From an uncultured Granulosicoccaceae bacterium (GTDB lineage Bacteria; Pseudomonadota; Gammaproteobacteria; Granulosicoccales; Granulosicoccaceae): a DNA stretch of 52,330 nt. Positions 38,379 through 47,237 of the stretch are shown piece by piece. The position numbers and the translations under genes were made by a program. Each line of letters opens with the position of its first letter. Positions within the stretch are counted from its first letter, which is position 1. The stretch spans positions 1 through 52,330 of the forward strand of contig CALLLY010000306.1 in NCBI GenBank assembly GCA_938008205.1, in the 5' to 3' direction. The notes beneath the pieces were generated by a model that had not been told where the DNA came from, ran no database searches, and worked only from the letters and a program-made list of their open reading frames with translations.

Positions 38379-38858
38379 ATGAGGCATTCCGTGCTCAAGT
38401 ATTCGAAACTCCTGTTTGTTGTTATGGCACTCATGCTGAGTCTGCAGCTGCCAGCGCACGCTGCTGAAATGGTTGATATCAACCGAGCAGACGCCGAAAC
38501 CATGATCGCCAACTGGAAGGGGATAGGCGAGAAAAAGGCCCGCGCAATTATCAGCTACCGCAAAAAAAATGGTCCATTCAAAAGCATTGATGATCTGTTG
38601 AATGTAAAGGGCATTGGTGAGGGGCTGATAAAAAAGAACAAACGTTATATGTCAGTCAAGGGCGGTGCGCGTTCAACAGCGGTCGCGACCACGAAAAAAA
38701 GCACCAAAAAAACGAAATCCAGTAAGACCAAAGATGCAAAGAAATCGACCGGGAAATCAACTGGAAAATCGACTTCTAAAAAACCTGCCAGGAAAGACAA
38801 CAGTAAGAAAAGCACCAAGAAAAAGCCTAAAAAGCCGGTAAAACCAAAGACCTCTTAA
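38379..38858 (+). CDS. comEA: ComEA-family helix-hairpin-helix DNA-binding protein with Lys-rich C-terminal tail
   Basis: Signal peptide (LLFVVMALMLSLQLPAHA). HhH core VDINRADAETMIANWKGIGEKKARAIISYRKKNGPFKSIDDLLNVKGIGEGLIKKN. A 65-aa K/S/T-rich tail follows. ORF 38298..38858, with ATG 38379 as the likely start. Confidence 0.8.
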   Translation: MRHSVLKYSKLLFVVMALMLSLQLPAHAAEMVDINRADAETMIANWKGIGEKKARAIISYRKKNGPFKSIDDLLNVKGIGEGLIKKNKRYMSVKGGARSTAVATTKKSTKKTKSSKTKDAKKSTGKSTGKSTSKKPARKDNSKKSTKKKPKKPVKPKTS

Positions 38859-38886
38859 TATCCGGTAATAGCGTTCTGAATTCGTT

Positions 38887-38910
38887 AGCCCGGCATTCTG
38901 CAGCCGGGCT
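38887..38910. terminator. Stem-loop between convergent comEA and recQ (weak terminator candidate)
   Basis: AGCCCGGC / loop ATTCTGCA / GCCGGGCT, an 8-bp GC-rich stem. There is no U-tract on either side, so intrinsic termination is uncertain. Confidence 0.4.
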
Positions 38911-38912
38911 GC

Positions 38913-41087
38913 TTACCCGGACGCCTCCAGTTCGTATTCCACACCGGACTGCACCAGTCGTATGGCCTCGATGGAATAAACGCCACTGAATTGCTCATGC
39001 AGTGCCATTGCAGAACCCGTGCTATCGTCCAGCAACGCCAACAACTCTCCTTCAATTTCTGCAATCTGATCCTCTGTCAGATCAAGACCTATCGTATTCA
39101 GTGCAGTTTCCTTATCAATCTCTCCTCGCCTAACCAATTGTCTTAGAGCGCTGTGACAAGCAGCATCGGTCGACTTGAGTTCATCAGCTAACCGTTCAAC
39201 TCCGATCACACCATTACTAATCAGCTCAAGCATTGTTTTAGGTTCTATTTTGTCACTCGCCTGTGCAGTTGGTTCGCTAACGTCGTTGATGGCTGCCAGA
39301 AAAATCTGGCCATACTTTTCCAGTTTTGCAGCACCTACACCGGATATTCTCGCCATAGCCTCCAGTGTTGCAGGTCTCTTTTCCATCATTTCCATCAATG
39401 TTGCATCGTGGAAAATCACATACGCTGGAATGCTTTGTTCAGTGGCAATTTTTAAACGGGTTTCACGAAGCTTTTCCCACAGCGCATTATCCCCGGCTGA
39501 CACATTGATCGATGCTTTAGCTTTACGGCTTCTTTTGCGTTCGGTCTTTTTTTCCTCCACCCGGAACAATACCTGTTCCTCACCCTTGAGAACCGGCCTT
39601 GCCGCTTCGGTTAGTCGCAAGCCTCCCTTACTGTCGAGGTCTGTCGTCACCAGTGAGCGGGCAATCATTTGCCGAAACACACTGCGCCAGGTTGTGGCTT
39701 CAGTATCCGCCCCAATACCAAACACGGACAACTGATCATGCCCAAACCGTCTGATTCGATCGTCCTGTTTACCTTGCAGCACATCAATCAGATAGTTAGT
39801 GCCAAAGCGTTGTCCGGTACGATAAACCGCAGACAGCGCTTTGCGTGTCACATCCGTGGCATCCCAGGTTTCCGGCGGCGAAAAGCAATTGTCACAGTTG
39901 CCACAGGGCTGCGATAAAGCCTCACCAAAATACCCCAACAGGGTTTTGCGTCGGCACTCGGTAGATTCACACAAGCCCGCCATCGCAGTCAGCTTATGCC
40001 GCTCCAGCTGCACCACACTTGCCGACGCCTCTGATTGATTTAACCACTGCTGGAACATGATGCTGTCCTGCAGTCCGTAAACCATCCAGGCGGTTGCCGG
40101 CAGACCATCGCGACCTGCGCGCCCGGTTTCCTGATAGTAGGACTCAATACTGCGCGGCATATCAAGATGCGCTACAAACCTCACATCAGGTTTGTCTATC
40201 CCCATTCCAAACGCCACGGTTGCCACGACGATAACGTTCTCTTCAATAATAAATCGCGATAGATTTTTCTTGCGATCTTCACTGGACATACCCGCGTGAT
40301 ACGGCACAGCATTTAAACTCTGATCACACAGGTACGCCGCTGTTTGCTCGGTTTTGTTTCGCGACAAACAGTACACAATACCGGCGGCTTCAGGATGCTC
40401 ATTGTGGATAAACTGCATCAGCTGGCGGCGCGGGTTATCTTTGAGTTCAATCCGGTACTGAATATTCGGCCGGTCGAAGCTACTGATAAATTCCTGTGCC
40501 TGCGTGAGTCTCAGGTGGTTCTTGATATCACGGCGAGTATTTTCATCAGCAGTCGCCGTCAGTGCGATTCTTGGCACCTGCGGGAACTGATCAACCAGCC
40601 TCGAAAGCCCGGTGTACTCGGGTCGGAAATCGTGCCCCCACTGCGACACACAATGCGCTTCGTCGATAGCAAAAAGGGCAATATCGAGCTGGTTAATCAA
40701 CGCCATACCGGAATCAGTCAGCAAACGTTCCGGAGCGAGATATAGCAGATCAAGCTCACCTGCAATTGCCTGCTGCTGTACCTCAGCCTGTTTGGATGAC
40801 GACAATGTCGAATTGAGAAACTCGGCACGTATGCCGTTTTGCTGCAGATGCTGTACCTGATCCTGCATTAACGCGATCAACGGAGACACAACAACGCCAA
40901 CCCCCGGCCTTAGCAAAGACGGAATCTGGTAACACAGACTTTTGCCACCACCCGTCGGCATCAGAACCAGCGCGTTATCGTTGTTTATCAGGGTGTGAAT
41001 GATCTCCAGTTGCTGGCCACGAAAATCCTCGTACCCAAAATTCTGACGTAAACAATTGGTAACGTATTCAACTTCGCTTTTCAACAT
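38913..41087 (-). CDS. recQ: ATP-dependent DNA helicase RecQ (with extra C-terminal domain)
   Basis: FGYEDFRGQQLEII, LMPTGGGKSLCYQIP, DEAHCVSQWGHDFRPEY, VATVAFGMGIDKPDVRFV, YYQETGRAGRDG, Zn-binding CRRK...CGNCDNC, and HRDC (ATEQSIPAYVIFHDATLMEMMEKRP). The ATG at complement 41087 (MLKSEVEY...) gives a canonical N-terminus; the track ORF extends to 41171. Confidence 0.9.
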   Translation of the reverse strand: MLKSEVEYVTNCLRQNFGYEDFRGQQLEIIHTLINNDNALVLMPTGGGKSLCYQIPSLLRPGVGVVVSPLIALMQDQVQHLQQNGIRAEFLNSTLSSSKQAEVQQQAIAGELDLLYLAPERLLTDSGMALINQLDIALFAIDEAHCVSQWGHDFRPEYTGLSRLVDQFPQVPRIALTATADENTRRDIKNHLRLTQAQEFISSFDRPNIQYRIELKDNPRRQLMQFIHNEHPEAAGIVYCLSRNKTEQTAAYLCDQSLNAVPYHAGMSSEDRKKNLSRFIIEENVIVVATVAFGMGIDKPDVRFVAHLDMPRSIESYYQETGRAGRDGLPATAWMVYGLQDSIMFQQWLNQSEASASVVQLERHKLTAMAGLCESTECRRKTLLGYFGEALSQPCGNCDNCFSPPETWDATDVTRKALSAVYRTGQRFGTNYLIDVLQGKQDDRIRRFGHDQLSVFGIGADTEATTWRSVFRQMIARSLVTTDLDSKGGLRLTEAARPVLKGEEQVLFRVEEKKTERKRSRKAKASINVSAGDNALWEKLRETRLKIATEQSIPAYVIFHDATLMEMMEKRPATLEAMARISGVGAAKLEKYGQIFLAAINDVSEPTAQASDKIEPKTMLELISNGVIGVERLADELKSTDAACHSALRQLVRRGEIDKETALNTIGLDLTEDQIAEIEGELLALLDDSTGSAMALHEQFSGVYSIEAIRLVQSGVEYELEASG

Positions 41088-41212
41088 CTTCTGACTCAAG
41101 TTACTAGTTACCCCACCGTTAACGGGCCATCGCCGAAATGCCATTGTAGCCGTCGCACACGACGACTTCACACAATTCCATCAGGCGAGCATTTTGACAA
41201 AGGCCCGTATAG

Positions 41213-42913
41213 ATGAGACTTACCAATCGCCTGTACAGAACAATCGTACTGAGTGTCTGCACATCGCTTGTAGTTGCCTGCGGTGGTGCCGAAAAAGACG
41301 GATTCTCTGCTCCAGGCATTGATTCGGGCAGCGCCAGCACATCGCATGTCGAAAGTTCCAGTGCGACATTACCGCAGCTGGCAGCAGCGTTAGAGGAACC
41401 ACTCAACGACGATTTCGACGCCATCCGGTTTTTACATCGCACTTCGTTCGGCCCCACTGAAGAGACTATCGAGGCACTAAAGAAAAGCGGCTACGCCGGA
41501 TATATCGAAGCACAAATGCAGATCGCGCCAACATTTCTGCTACCTGTGACAAGGCAACGCAGCGAACCAAGATGGCTGGAGCACATTAACAGCTGGATGA
41601 AAAACAGCGTTAACGCACCGGATCAGTTAAGACAAAGAGTCGCCTACGCGTTGTCGCAGTTTTTTGTTGTGTCCGGTGAAGGCGAACTGGGCCAGCACCC
41701 CAATGCACTGGCGAACTACTACGATATTCTCACCGCTAACAGCTTCGGTAATTTCCGCGATTTACTGGAGCAGGTAACGCTCAGCCCGGTAATGGGTAAC
41801 TACCTCAGTATGAAGGGAAACAGAAAGCCGGATCCCGAAAGTCAAATACGGCCCGACGAAAACTACGCCCGGGAACTGCTGCAGCTGTTTTCGATTGGCC
41901 TGGTAGAGCTAAACATCGACGGCACAGTAGTGGTAGACAACAACAATATCCCACGCCCGACCTACAACCAGGAAACTGTTGAAAACTTTGCACGCATATT
42001 CACCGGCTGGCACTTTAAAGATGTCGATGACTGGGACTATCCGTCGGTGGAGGACTGGTTCAGCCCGATGCAGGCCTATCCGGACAGACACGACACCGGT
42101 GAAAAAACTCTGCTCAATGGTCTGATTGTGCCGGCTGGACAAACTGCCGAGCAGGATTTGCAGTCTGCACTGGATAATATATTCAACCACCCGAACGTCG
42201 CACCTTTCGTTAGCACGCATCTCATCAAACAGCTGATTACCAGTAACCCGACACCAGCCTATATCGCGCGCGTTGCCGCTGTGTTTAACCGAGATCATAA
42301 CGGTCAGCGCGGTAACCTCGCCTCGGTGGTAGCGGCCATACTTCTGGACGAAGAAGCGCTCAACGGCTTCCATCAGAACAGTGAGCAGTTCGGCAAACTC
42401 AGAGAGCCACTCATTCGACTGATCTCACTGTGGAGAGCTTTCGACGGCAATCCGGATCATCCTCAGTTCGACTACTCGTGGATTGGAAACCGGCTGGCAC
42501 AGGCGCCCGTTCAGTCGCCTTCAGTGTTCAATTTTTTCTCGTCGGATTTTAGTCAACCGGGAATCATTCGCGATACCGGTCTGTTGTCACCGGAATTTCA
42601 GATCCATAACGAAAGCTCTATGGTATCGATTACCAACACACTGCTGGCACACTCAGTCTGGCGAAATAACCTGTCTGATGCCGACCCAGGGATGGCACCG
42701 GTGAACATTTCAAAACTGATGACACTCGATGGTGATACAAGCGCACAATTGAATTACCTGAGCCGATTGATACTGGGTAAACCCATGAGTGAGGGACTGA
42801 AAAAACAATCCCTTTATCTGATTAACGAACGCCATAATGCCAATGCACAAATACGTGCAGAAGACCTGTTGTTTCTATTTGTCAGTTCACCAGAAGCTGC
42901 AGTACAGAGATAG
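41213..42913 (+). CDS. DUF1800-family protein (lipoprotein signal)
   Basis: N-terminus MRLTNRLYRTIVLSVCTSLVVACGG (lipobox). Body motifs (FLHRTSFGP, LRQRVAYALSQFFVVS, MGNYLSMKGN, NENYARELLQLFSIG, FTGW, HD.GEKT) match what I recall of DUF1800. It is immediately followed by its usual DUF1501 partner. Confidence 0.75.
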   Translation: MRLTNRLYRTIVLSVCTSLVVACGGAEKDGFSAPGIDSGSASTSHVESSSATLPQLAAALEEPLNDDFDAIRFLHRTSFGPTEETIEALKKSGYAGYIEAQMQIAPTFLLPVTRQRSEPRWLEHINSWMKNSVNAPDQLRQRVAYALSQFFVVSGEGELGQHPNALANYYDILTANSFGNFRDLLEQVTLSPVMGNYLSMKGNRKPDPESQIRPDENYARELLQLFSIGLVELNIDGTVVVDNNNIPRPTYNQETVENFARIFTGWHFKDVDDWDYPSVEDWFSPMQAYPDRHDTGEKTLLNGLIVPAGQTAEQDLQSALDNIFNHPNVAPFVSTHLIKQLITSNPTPAYIARVAAVFNRDHNGQRGNLASVVAAILLDEEALNGFHQNSEQFGKLREPLIRLISLWRAFDGNPDHPQFDYSWIGNRLAQAPVQSPSVFNFFSSDFSQPGIIRDTGLLSPEFQIHNESSMVSITNTLLAHSVWRNNLSDADPGMAPVNISKLMTLDGDTSAQLNYLSRLILGKPMSEGLKKQSLYLINERHNANAQIRAEDLLFLFVSSPEAAVQR

Positions 42914-42918
42914 ATCTT

Positions 42919-44286
42919 ATGAATACCTATAATCGTCGAAACCTACTGAAACTCGGCTGCCAGACTATTGTTGGTGCAGGTTTGCTAAGCAGCACCGCTG
43001 CACGAATTGCAAATGCACAATCAGCAGCCCAGTCGGCGGCGCATTACCGCGCACTGGTTTGTATTAATCTCGACGGTGGTAACGATGGTTTTAACATGCT
43101 GGTGCCACGTACCGGCGCAGCCTATAGCGAGTACAAGGACAGTCGCAGACACCTTGCGGTTGGCGCCGCAGATTTGATCGGGCTGTCGCCATCCACCGCC
43201 AATACGACACCGGTTGGTCTCAACCCTTATATGCAGCAGCTCAAGCCGCTGTTCGACCAGGGACACGTTGCTTTTCAGGCGAACGTTGGCACCATGATCG
43301 AACCGACCACGCCCGATGATGTACGCAACGAAAGTGTGCGCCTGCCAGAACAGTTGTTCTCGCATCACGATCAGGCCCGACAGTGGCAGAAACTTGATCA
43401 CTACCACAGCTGGAATAGTGGCTGGGGAGCACGCGCTGCCGATATTTTTGCTTCACAACAAGCCTATCCGAATCTCGCCGCAATCAGCCTGGTAGGAAGC
43501 AACGAATGGCAGGCCGGCGGTGAACAGGCTGCATTCACCATCAGCAGCGAGGGCGTATCGTCCTACGCAGGCATGGACGATATGTCTGAAGGCAGCTGGC
43601 AAATGCCACGCAGACAGGCATTTATTGAGCTACTGAATCATCAGTACCAGAACGTATTTGAACGTTCCTATGCAGAAATGCAATCACGTGCCCTGGTGTT
43701 GTCAACTAATGTGGGCGCAGCACTTTCACGTCTCGGTGAGTTGCAGACTCCGGTACCAAAAGACAATCGCCTGGCCCAACAACTCGCTATGGTTGCCAAA
43801 CTCATTGCGATAAAAGATGAGTTCAGAATGACGCGGCAATTGTTCTACGTTAACCTCAGCGGTTTTGATACACACGATGATCAACTGCGTGTGCAGCCTT
43901 ACCTGTATTCGCAGGTGGCCGATGCACTGGCTTTCTTTCATCAGGCACTGACTGAAATCGATCAACTTAACAATGTAACCAGCTTTACCACTTCAGATTT
44001 TGGCCGCAGTGTATCCGGCAATGGCGATGGCACCGATCACGGCTGGGGTAACCACCACATTGTGATGGGTGGTGCGGTTCAGGGCACCGATGTGTACGGC
44101 ACCATGCCCAGAGTGACAGTAGATGGCCCGGACGACTATCGCAACGGCAGAATAGTACCGACTACCGCAGTCAGCCAGTATGCCGCAACACACCTGAGAT
44201 GGTTGGGATTGTCCGAAGCGGACATCGACAATCTTTTACCGTCGCTTAAAAACTTCAATAAGCGCGACCTCGGCTTCTATGGCTAA
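42919..44286 (+). CDS. DUF1501-family protein (Tat signal, sulfatase/phosphatase-like fold)
   Basis: Twin-arginine-like N-terminus (NRRNLLKLGCQTIVGAGLL). Motifs GGNDGFNMLVP, SGFDTHDDQ and DFGR....NG.GTDHGWG are typical of DUF1501. Confidence 0.8.
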   Translation: MNTYNRRNLLKLGCQTIVGAGLLSSTAARIANAQSAAQSAAHYRALVCINLDGGNDGFNMLVPRTGAAYSEYKDSRRHLAVGAADLIGLSPSTANTTPVGLNPYMQQLKPLFDQGHVAFQANVGTMIEPTTPDDVRNESVRLPEQLFSHHDQARQWQKLDHYHSWNSGWGARAADIFASQQAYPNLAAISLVGSNEWQAGGEQAAFTISSEGVSSYAGMDDMSEGSWQMPRRQAFIELLNHQYQNVFERSYAEMQSRALVLSTNVGAALSRLGELQTPVPKDNRLAQQLAMVAKLIAIKDEFRMTRQLFYVNLSGFDTHDDQLRVQPYLYSQVADALAFFHQALTEIDQLNNVTSFTTSDFGRSVSGNGDGTDHGWGNHHIVMGGAVQGTDVYGTMPRVTVDGPDDYRNGRIVPTTAVSQYAATHLRWLGLSEADIDNLLPSLKNFNKRDLGFYG

Positions 44287-44301
44287 TCACGTGTACACTG
44301 A

Positions 44302-46107
44302 TCAGGAATCCGCTTCGCTTTGCTGCATATCCCATAGCTTGCGATAAAGCCCGTCCTGCTTTAGCAGCGTTTGATGCGACCCTGTTTCCACTATCCGGCC
44401 GTCATCCAACACAACTATCTTATCGGCATCGATGATTGTTGATAGACGATGCGCAATCACTAGCGTGGTGGCATTTTTCGACACAGTGTTCAATGCGGAT
44501 AGAATGGCCTGTTCCGAGCGACTGTCGAGGCTCGATGTCGCTTCATCGAATATAATAATACGTGGTGCTTTAAGTATGACTCTGGAAATTGCCAGACGTT
44601 GCTTTTCACCACCGGATAGTTTCAAACCGCGCTCGCCGACAACGGTATCAAGCCCTTCCGGCAATCTGGATAGCAATGTAGAAAGATCAGCACTACTGGC
44701 GGCGGCAGTAATTTCCTGATCGGTCGCTTCGGGTTTGGCATAGCCGATGTTATAGCGGATGGAGTCGTTAAACAGTACGGTGTCCTGAGGGACTATACCA
44801 ATCGCTTTGCGCAGACTCTGTTGGGTGCAATTGGCAATAGACTGACCGTCTATGGTTATCTCACCATCAGTGACCTCATAAAAGCGAAACAACAGTCGCA
44901 CAAGCGTCGACTTACCCGAACCGGACGGACCGACCACCGCGACCTTTTGCCCCGCTCCTATAGACAGACTGACATCTTTCAAAATAGGCCGATTGCTATC
45001 GTAATAAAAGCCTACGTTATTAAAGGTAACATCGCCACGTGACACCGACAGTTCAGCCCCACTGTCGGTATCGACTATCTCGGGCGTCTTCTCCAGCAGT
45101 TTTATAACGAGGTCCATATCTGCAAGCGCGTATTGCAAAGAGCGATAAACTGAACCAAGAATGCTTAACGGTATAAATAGCTGCAACATCATGGCGTTGA
45201 TAAGCACCAGATCACCAATCGTTATTTCACCTGCTGCAACAGATTTGGCCGCAAGTATCATAATAATAGTCACCCCGACGGTGACAATTGCGCCCTGCCC
45301 GAAATTAAGCACAGACAAACTGATCTGTGTTTTCTGACCAGCCTCGCCCCAGAGTTTCAGCTGTTCATTGTAATTTCGTACTTCCATCTCTTCATTGTTG
45401 AAGTACTTTACTGTCTCGTAGTTGAGCAAACTATCAACCGCACGGCCATTGGCAGCACTGTCGTACTTGTTCATGTCGTGACGAAAACTCATTCTCCATT
45501 TGCTCATCGACAAGGTAAACGCAACGTATACCAACACAGTAATCACGATAACGACCATTAATATAGAATCGTATCTATAAAGCAAAATACCACCGACCAG
45601 TAAAAACTCCGCTATCGTTGGCAGAATACTGAACACCAGTAAATTCAATACCGACGCCAAACTTCGAGTACCCCGTTCAAGATCGCGTGAAATACCACCG
45701 GTATTACGCTCCAGATGGAAACGCAGTGACAGTGTGTGCAGGTGAGCCAGTACGTCAACTGCCATCTGATGCATGGCACTGTATCGAACGCGTGAAAACA
45801 GAATGTCACGCAACTCACTGAACAGCCCACTGGCAAGTCGCAATGCACCATAACCAACCAGAAAGGCCAACGGGATTGCGACGACCAGATTAGACGTCAA
45901 CGCAGCGTCCGATTGCTGATCTAGAGAATCAATAATACCTTTCAATACCAGAGGCGTGCATACGGTGGCAAACTTGCCAAGCAACAGACAACACAATGCA
46001 ACACCCACGCGCTTGCCGTAGCGCCAGACGTACGGAGACAGTTTGGTCAGGTTTGAAAAATCATCGCGATCCTGATGCGGATTTTCATCTCGCGCAAAAC
46101 TACGCAT
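44302..46107 (-). CDS. ABC exporter, fused permease/ATPase, Atm1/ABCB7-like
   Basis: N-terminal LSPYVWRYGKRVGVALCCLLLGK followed by six TM helices. Walker A GPSGSGKST, signature LSGGEKQRLAISR, Walker B IIIFDEATSSLD. Confidence 0.85.
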   Translation of the reverse strand: MRSFARDENPHQDRDDFSNLTKLSPYVWRYGKRVGVALCCLLLGKFATVCTPLVLKGIIDSLDQQSDAALTSNLVVAIPLAFLVGYGALRLASGLFSELRDILFSRVRYSAMHQMAVDVLAHLHTLSLRFHLERNTGGISRDLERGTRSLASVLNLLVFSILPTIAEFLLVGGILLYRYDSILMVVIVITVLVYVAFTLSMSKWRMSFRHDMNKYDSAANGRAVDSLLNYETVKYFNNEEMEVRNYNEQLKLWGEAGQKTQISLSVLNFGQGAIVTVGVTIIMILAAKSVAAGEITIGDLVLINAMMLQLFIPLSILGSVYRSLQYALADMDLVIKLLEKTPEIVDTDSGAELSVSRGDVTFNNVGFYYDSNRPILKDVSLSIGAGQKVAVVGPSGSGKSTLVRLLFRFYEVTDGEITIDGQSIANCTQQSLRKAIGIVPQDTVLFNDSIRYNIGYAKPEATDQEITAAASSADLSTLLSRLPEGLDTVVGERGLKLSGGEKQRLAISRVILKAPRIIIFDEATSSLDSRSEQAILSALNTVSKNATTLVIAHRLSTIIDADKIVVLDDGRIVETGSHQTLLKQDGLYRKLWDMQQSEADS

Positions 46108-46233
46108 GGGAAGTAATGAAGGTGATAGGCAAGTGCTGTGGACTCATATGGGCAGTTAGCAAGATTACTATAGCAAGCAGCGCGCAGGTTCAGTACAGTT
46201 TCAGACATCCGATACAACACAGATCCACTACGA

Positions 46234-47175
46234 ATGGCAAAAATCAGCTTCTACTCAGTCGATGATCATAGCAATCAGGCGGTCGAGCTCTTTAAAAAAC
46301 AACTTCCCGAACACTCTATTCATCCCTGGCCCCTCATTAACTGCAAGCCTGAAGAGCTGGACTACGCCATCTGCTGGCAACCTCCCGAGAACTTTTTTGA
46401 TGGTGCAACCAATTTGAAATCAGTGTTGTCGATGGCAGCGGGCGTTGATCACTTATTACAACACCCCGGACTTCCGGCCAAAGTCCCGTTGATCAGGTTA
46501 TGCGATGCAGGTATGGGGCAGAAGATTGCTGAATACGTGCACTTCGGCGTGTTGCGAGCTCATCGAAATTTCGACTTGTATCGCACCCAGCAAGATCGCC
46601 GGGAGTGGCGTGCTCAGCCAGACATTGACGCAGGCAACTATCATGTCGGCGTGATGGGCTTCGGGGTCATTGGTCAGGTCGTCGCTAACCACCTGTATAG
46701 CGCCGGCTATCATGTTAGCGCATGGAAACGCAGCCCGGTCACCGAGAGCTATCCATTCGAAATTTTTACCCGGGATCGAAAAGCATTTTTAGATAATCTG
46801 GATGTGCTGGTCTGTGTACTGCCGTTGACCGATGAAACCAGAAACATGATCGATGCGGACTTGCTATCGGCTCTTCCCGCAGGCGCGCATTTTATCAACG
46901 TGGGCAGAGGCAGCCAGGTTGTGGAAAGCGATTTGTTACACGCACTTGATAAAAATCATCTGAGAAGCGCGCTGCTGGATGTTTGCGTAGAGGAGCCACT
47001 ACCTGCAGATCACAAACTATGGATGCACCCCAACGTCATCCTGACTCCACACGTTGCAGGCCCTACTCAGCTGCAATTATCTGTCGATCAGATAGTGCAA
47101 TCTATTCAGGCGATAGAGAGTGGAAAGGCCCCCGAGTTGCTAGCGGGCGCTGTGAACAACACAGCGGGCTATTAA
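46234..47175 (+). CDS. D-2-hydroxyacid dehydrogenase, glyoxylate/hydroxypyruvate reductase A-like
   Basis: Collinear by eye with E. coli GhrA: DYAICWQPP, AAGVDHLL, VGVMGFGVIGQVVA (NAD GxGxxG), NVGRGSQVVESDLLHAL, LDVCVEEPLP, TPHVAG, and the ending ...GY. Confidence 0.8.
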   Translation: MAKISFYSVDDHSNQAVELFKKQLPEHSIHPWPLINCKPEELDYAICWQPPENFFDGATNLKSVLSMAAGVDHLLQHPGLPAKVPLIRLCDAGMGQKIAEYVHFGVLRAHRNFDLYRTQQDRREWRAQPDIDAGNYHVGVMGFGVIGQVVANHLYSAGYHVSAWKRSPVTESYPFEIFTRDRKAFLDNLDVLVCVLPLTDETRNMIDADLLSALPAGAHFINVGRGSQVVESDLLHALDKNHLRSALLDVCVEEPLPADHKLWMHPNVILTPHVAGPTQLQLSVDQIVQSIQAIESGKAPELLAGAVNNTAGY

Positions 47176-47206
47176 CAAAAAAAACGCGACACCGAGATGT
47201 CGCGTT
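47175..47206 (-). terminator. Rho-independent terminator of aqpZ
   Basis: AACGCGACA (47183-47191) / loop CCGAGA / TGTCGCGTT (47198-47206). Read on the minus strand, the stem is followed by an 8-nt U-run (A-run 47175-47182 on the plus strand). Confidence 0.7.
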
Positions 47207-47237
47207 CTCAAACTTCAACTATTACTGCAGAGTGTTA

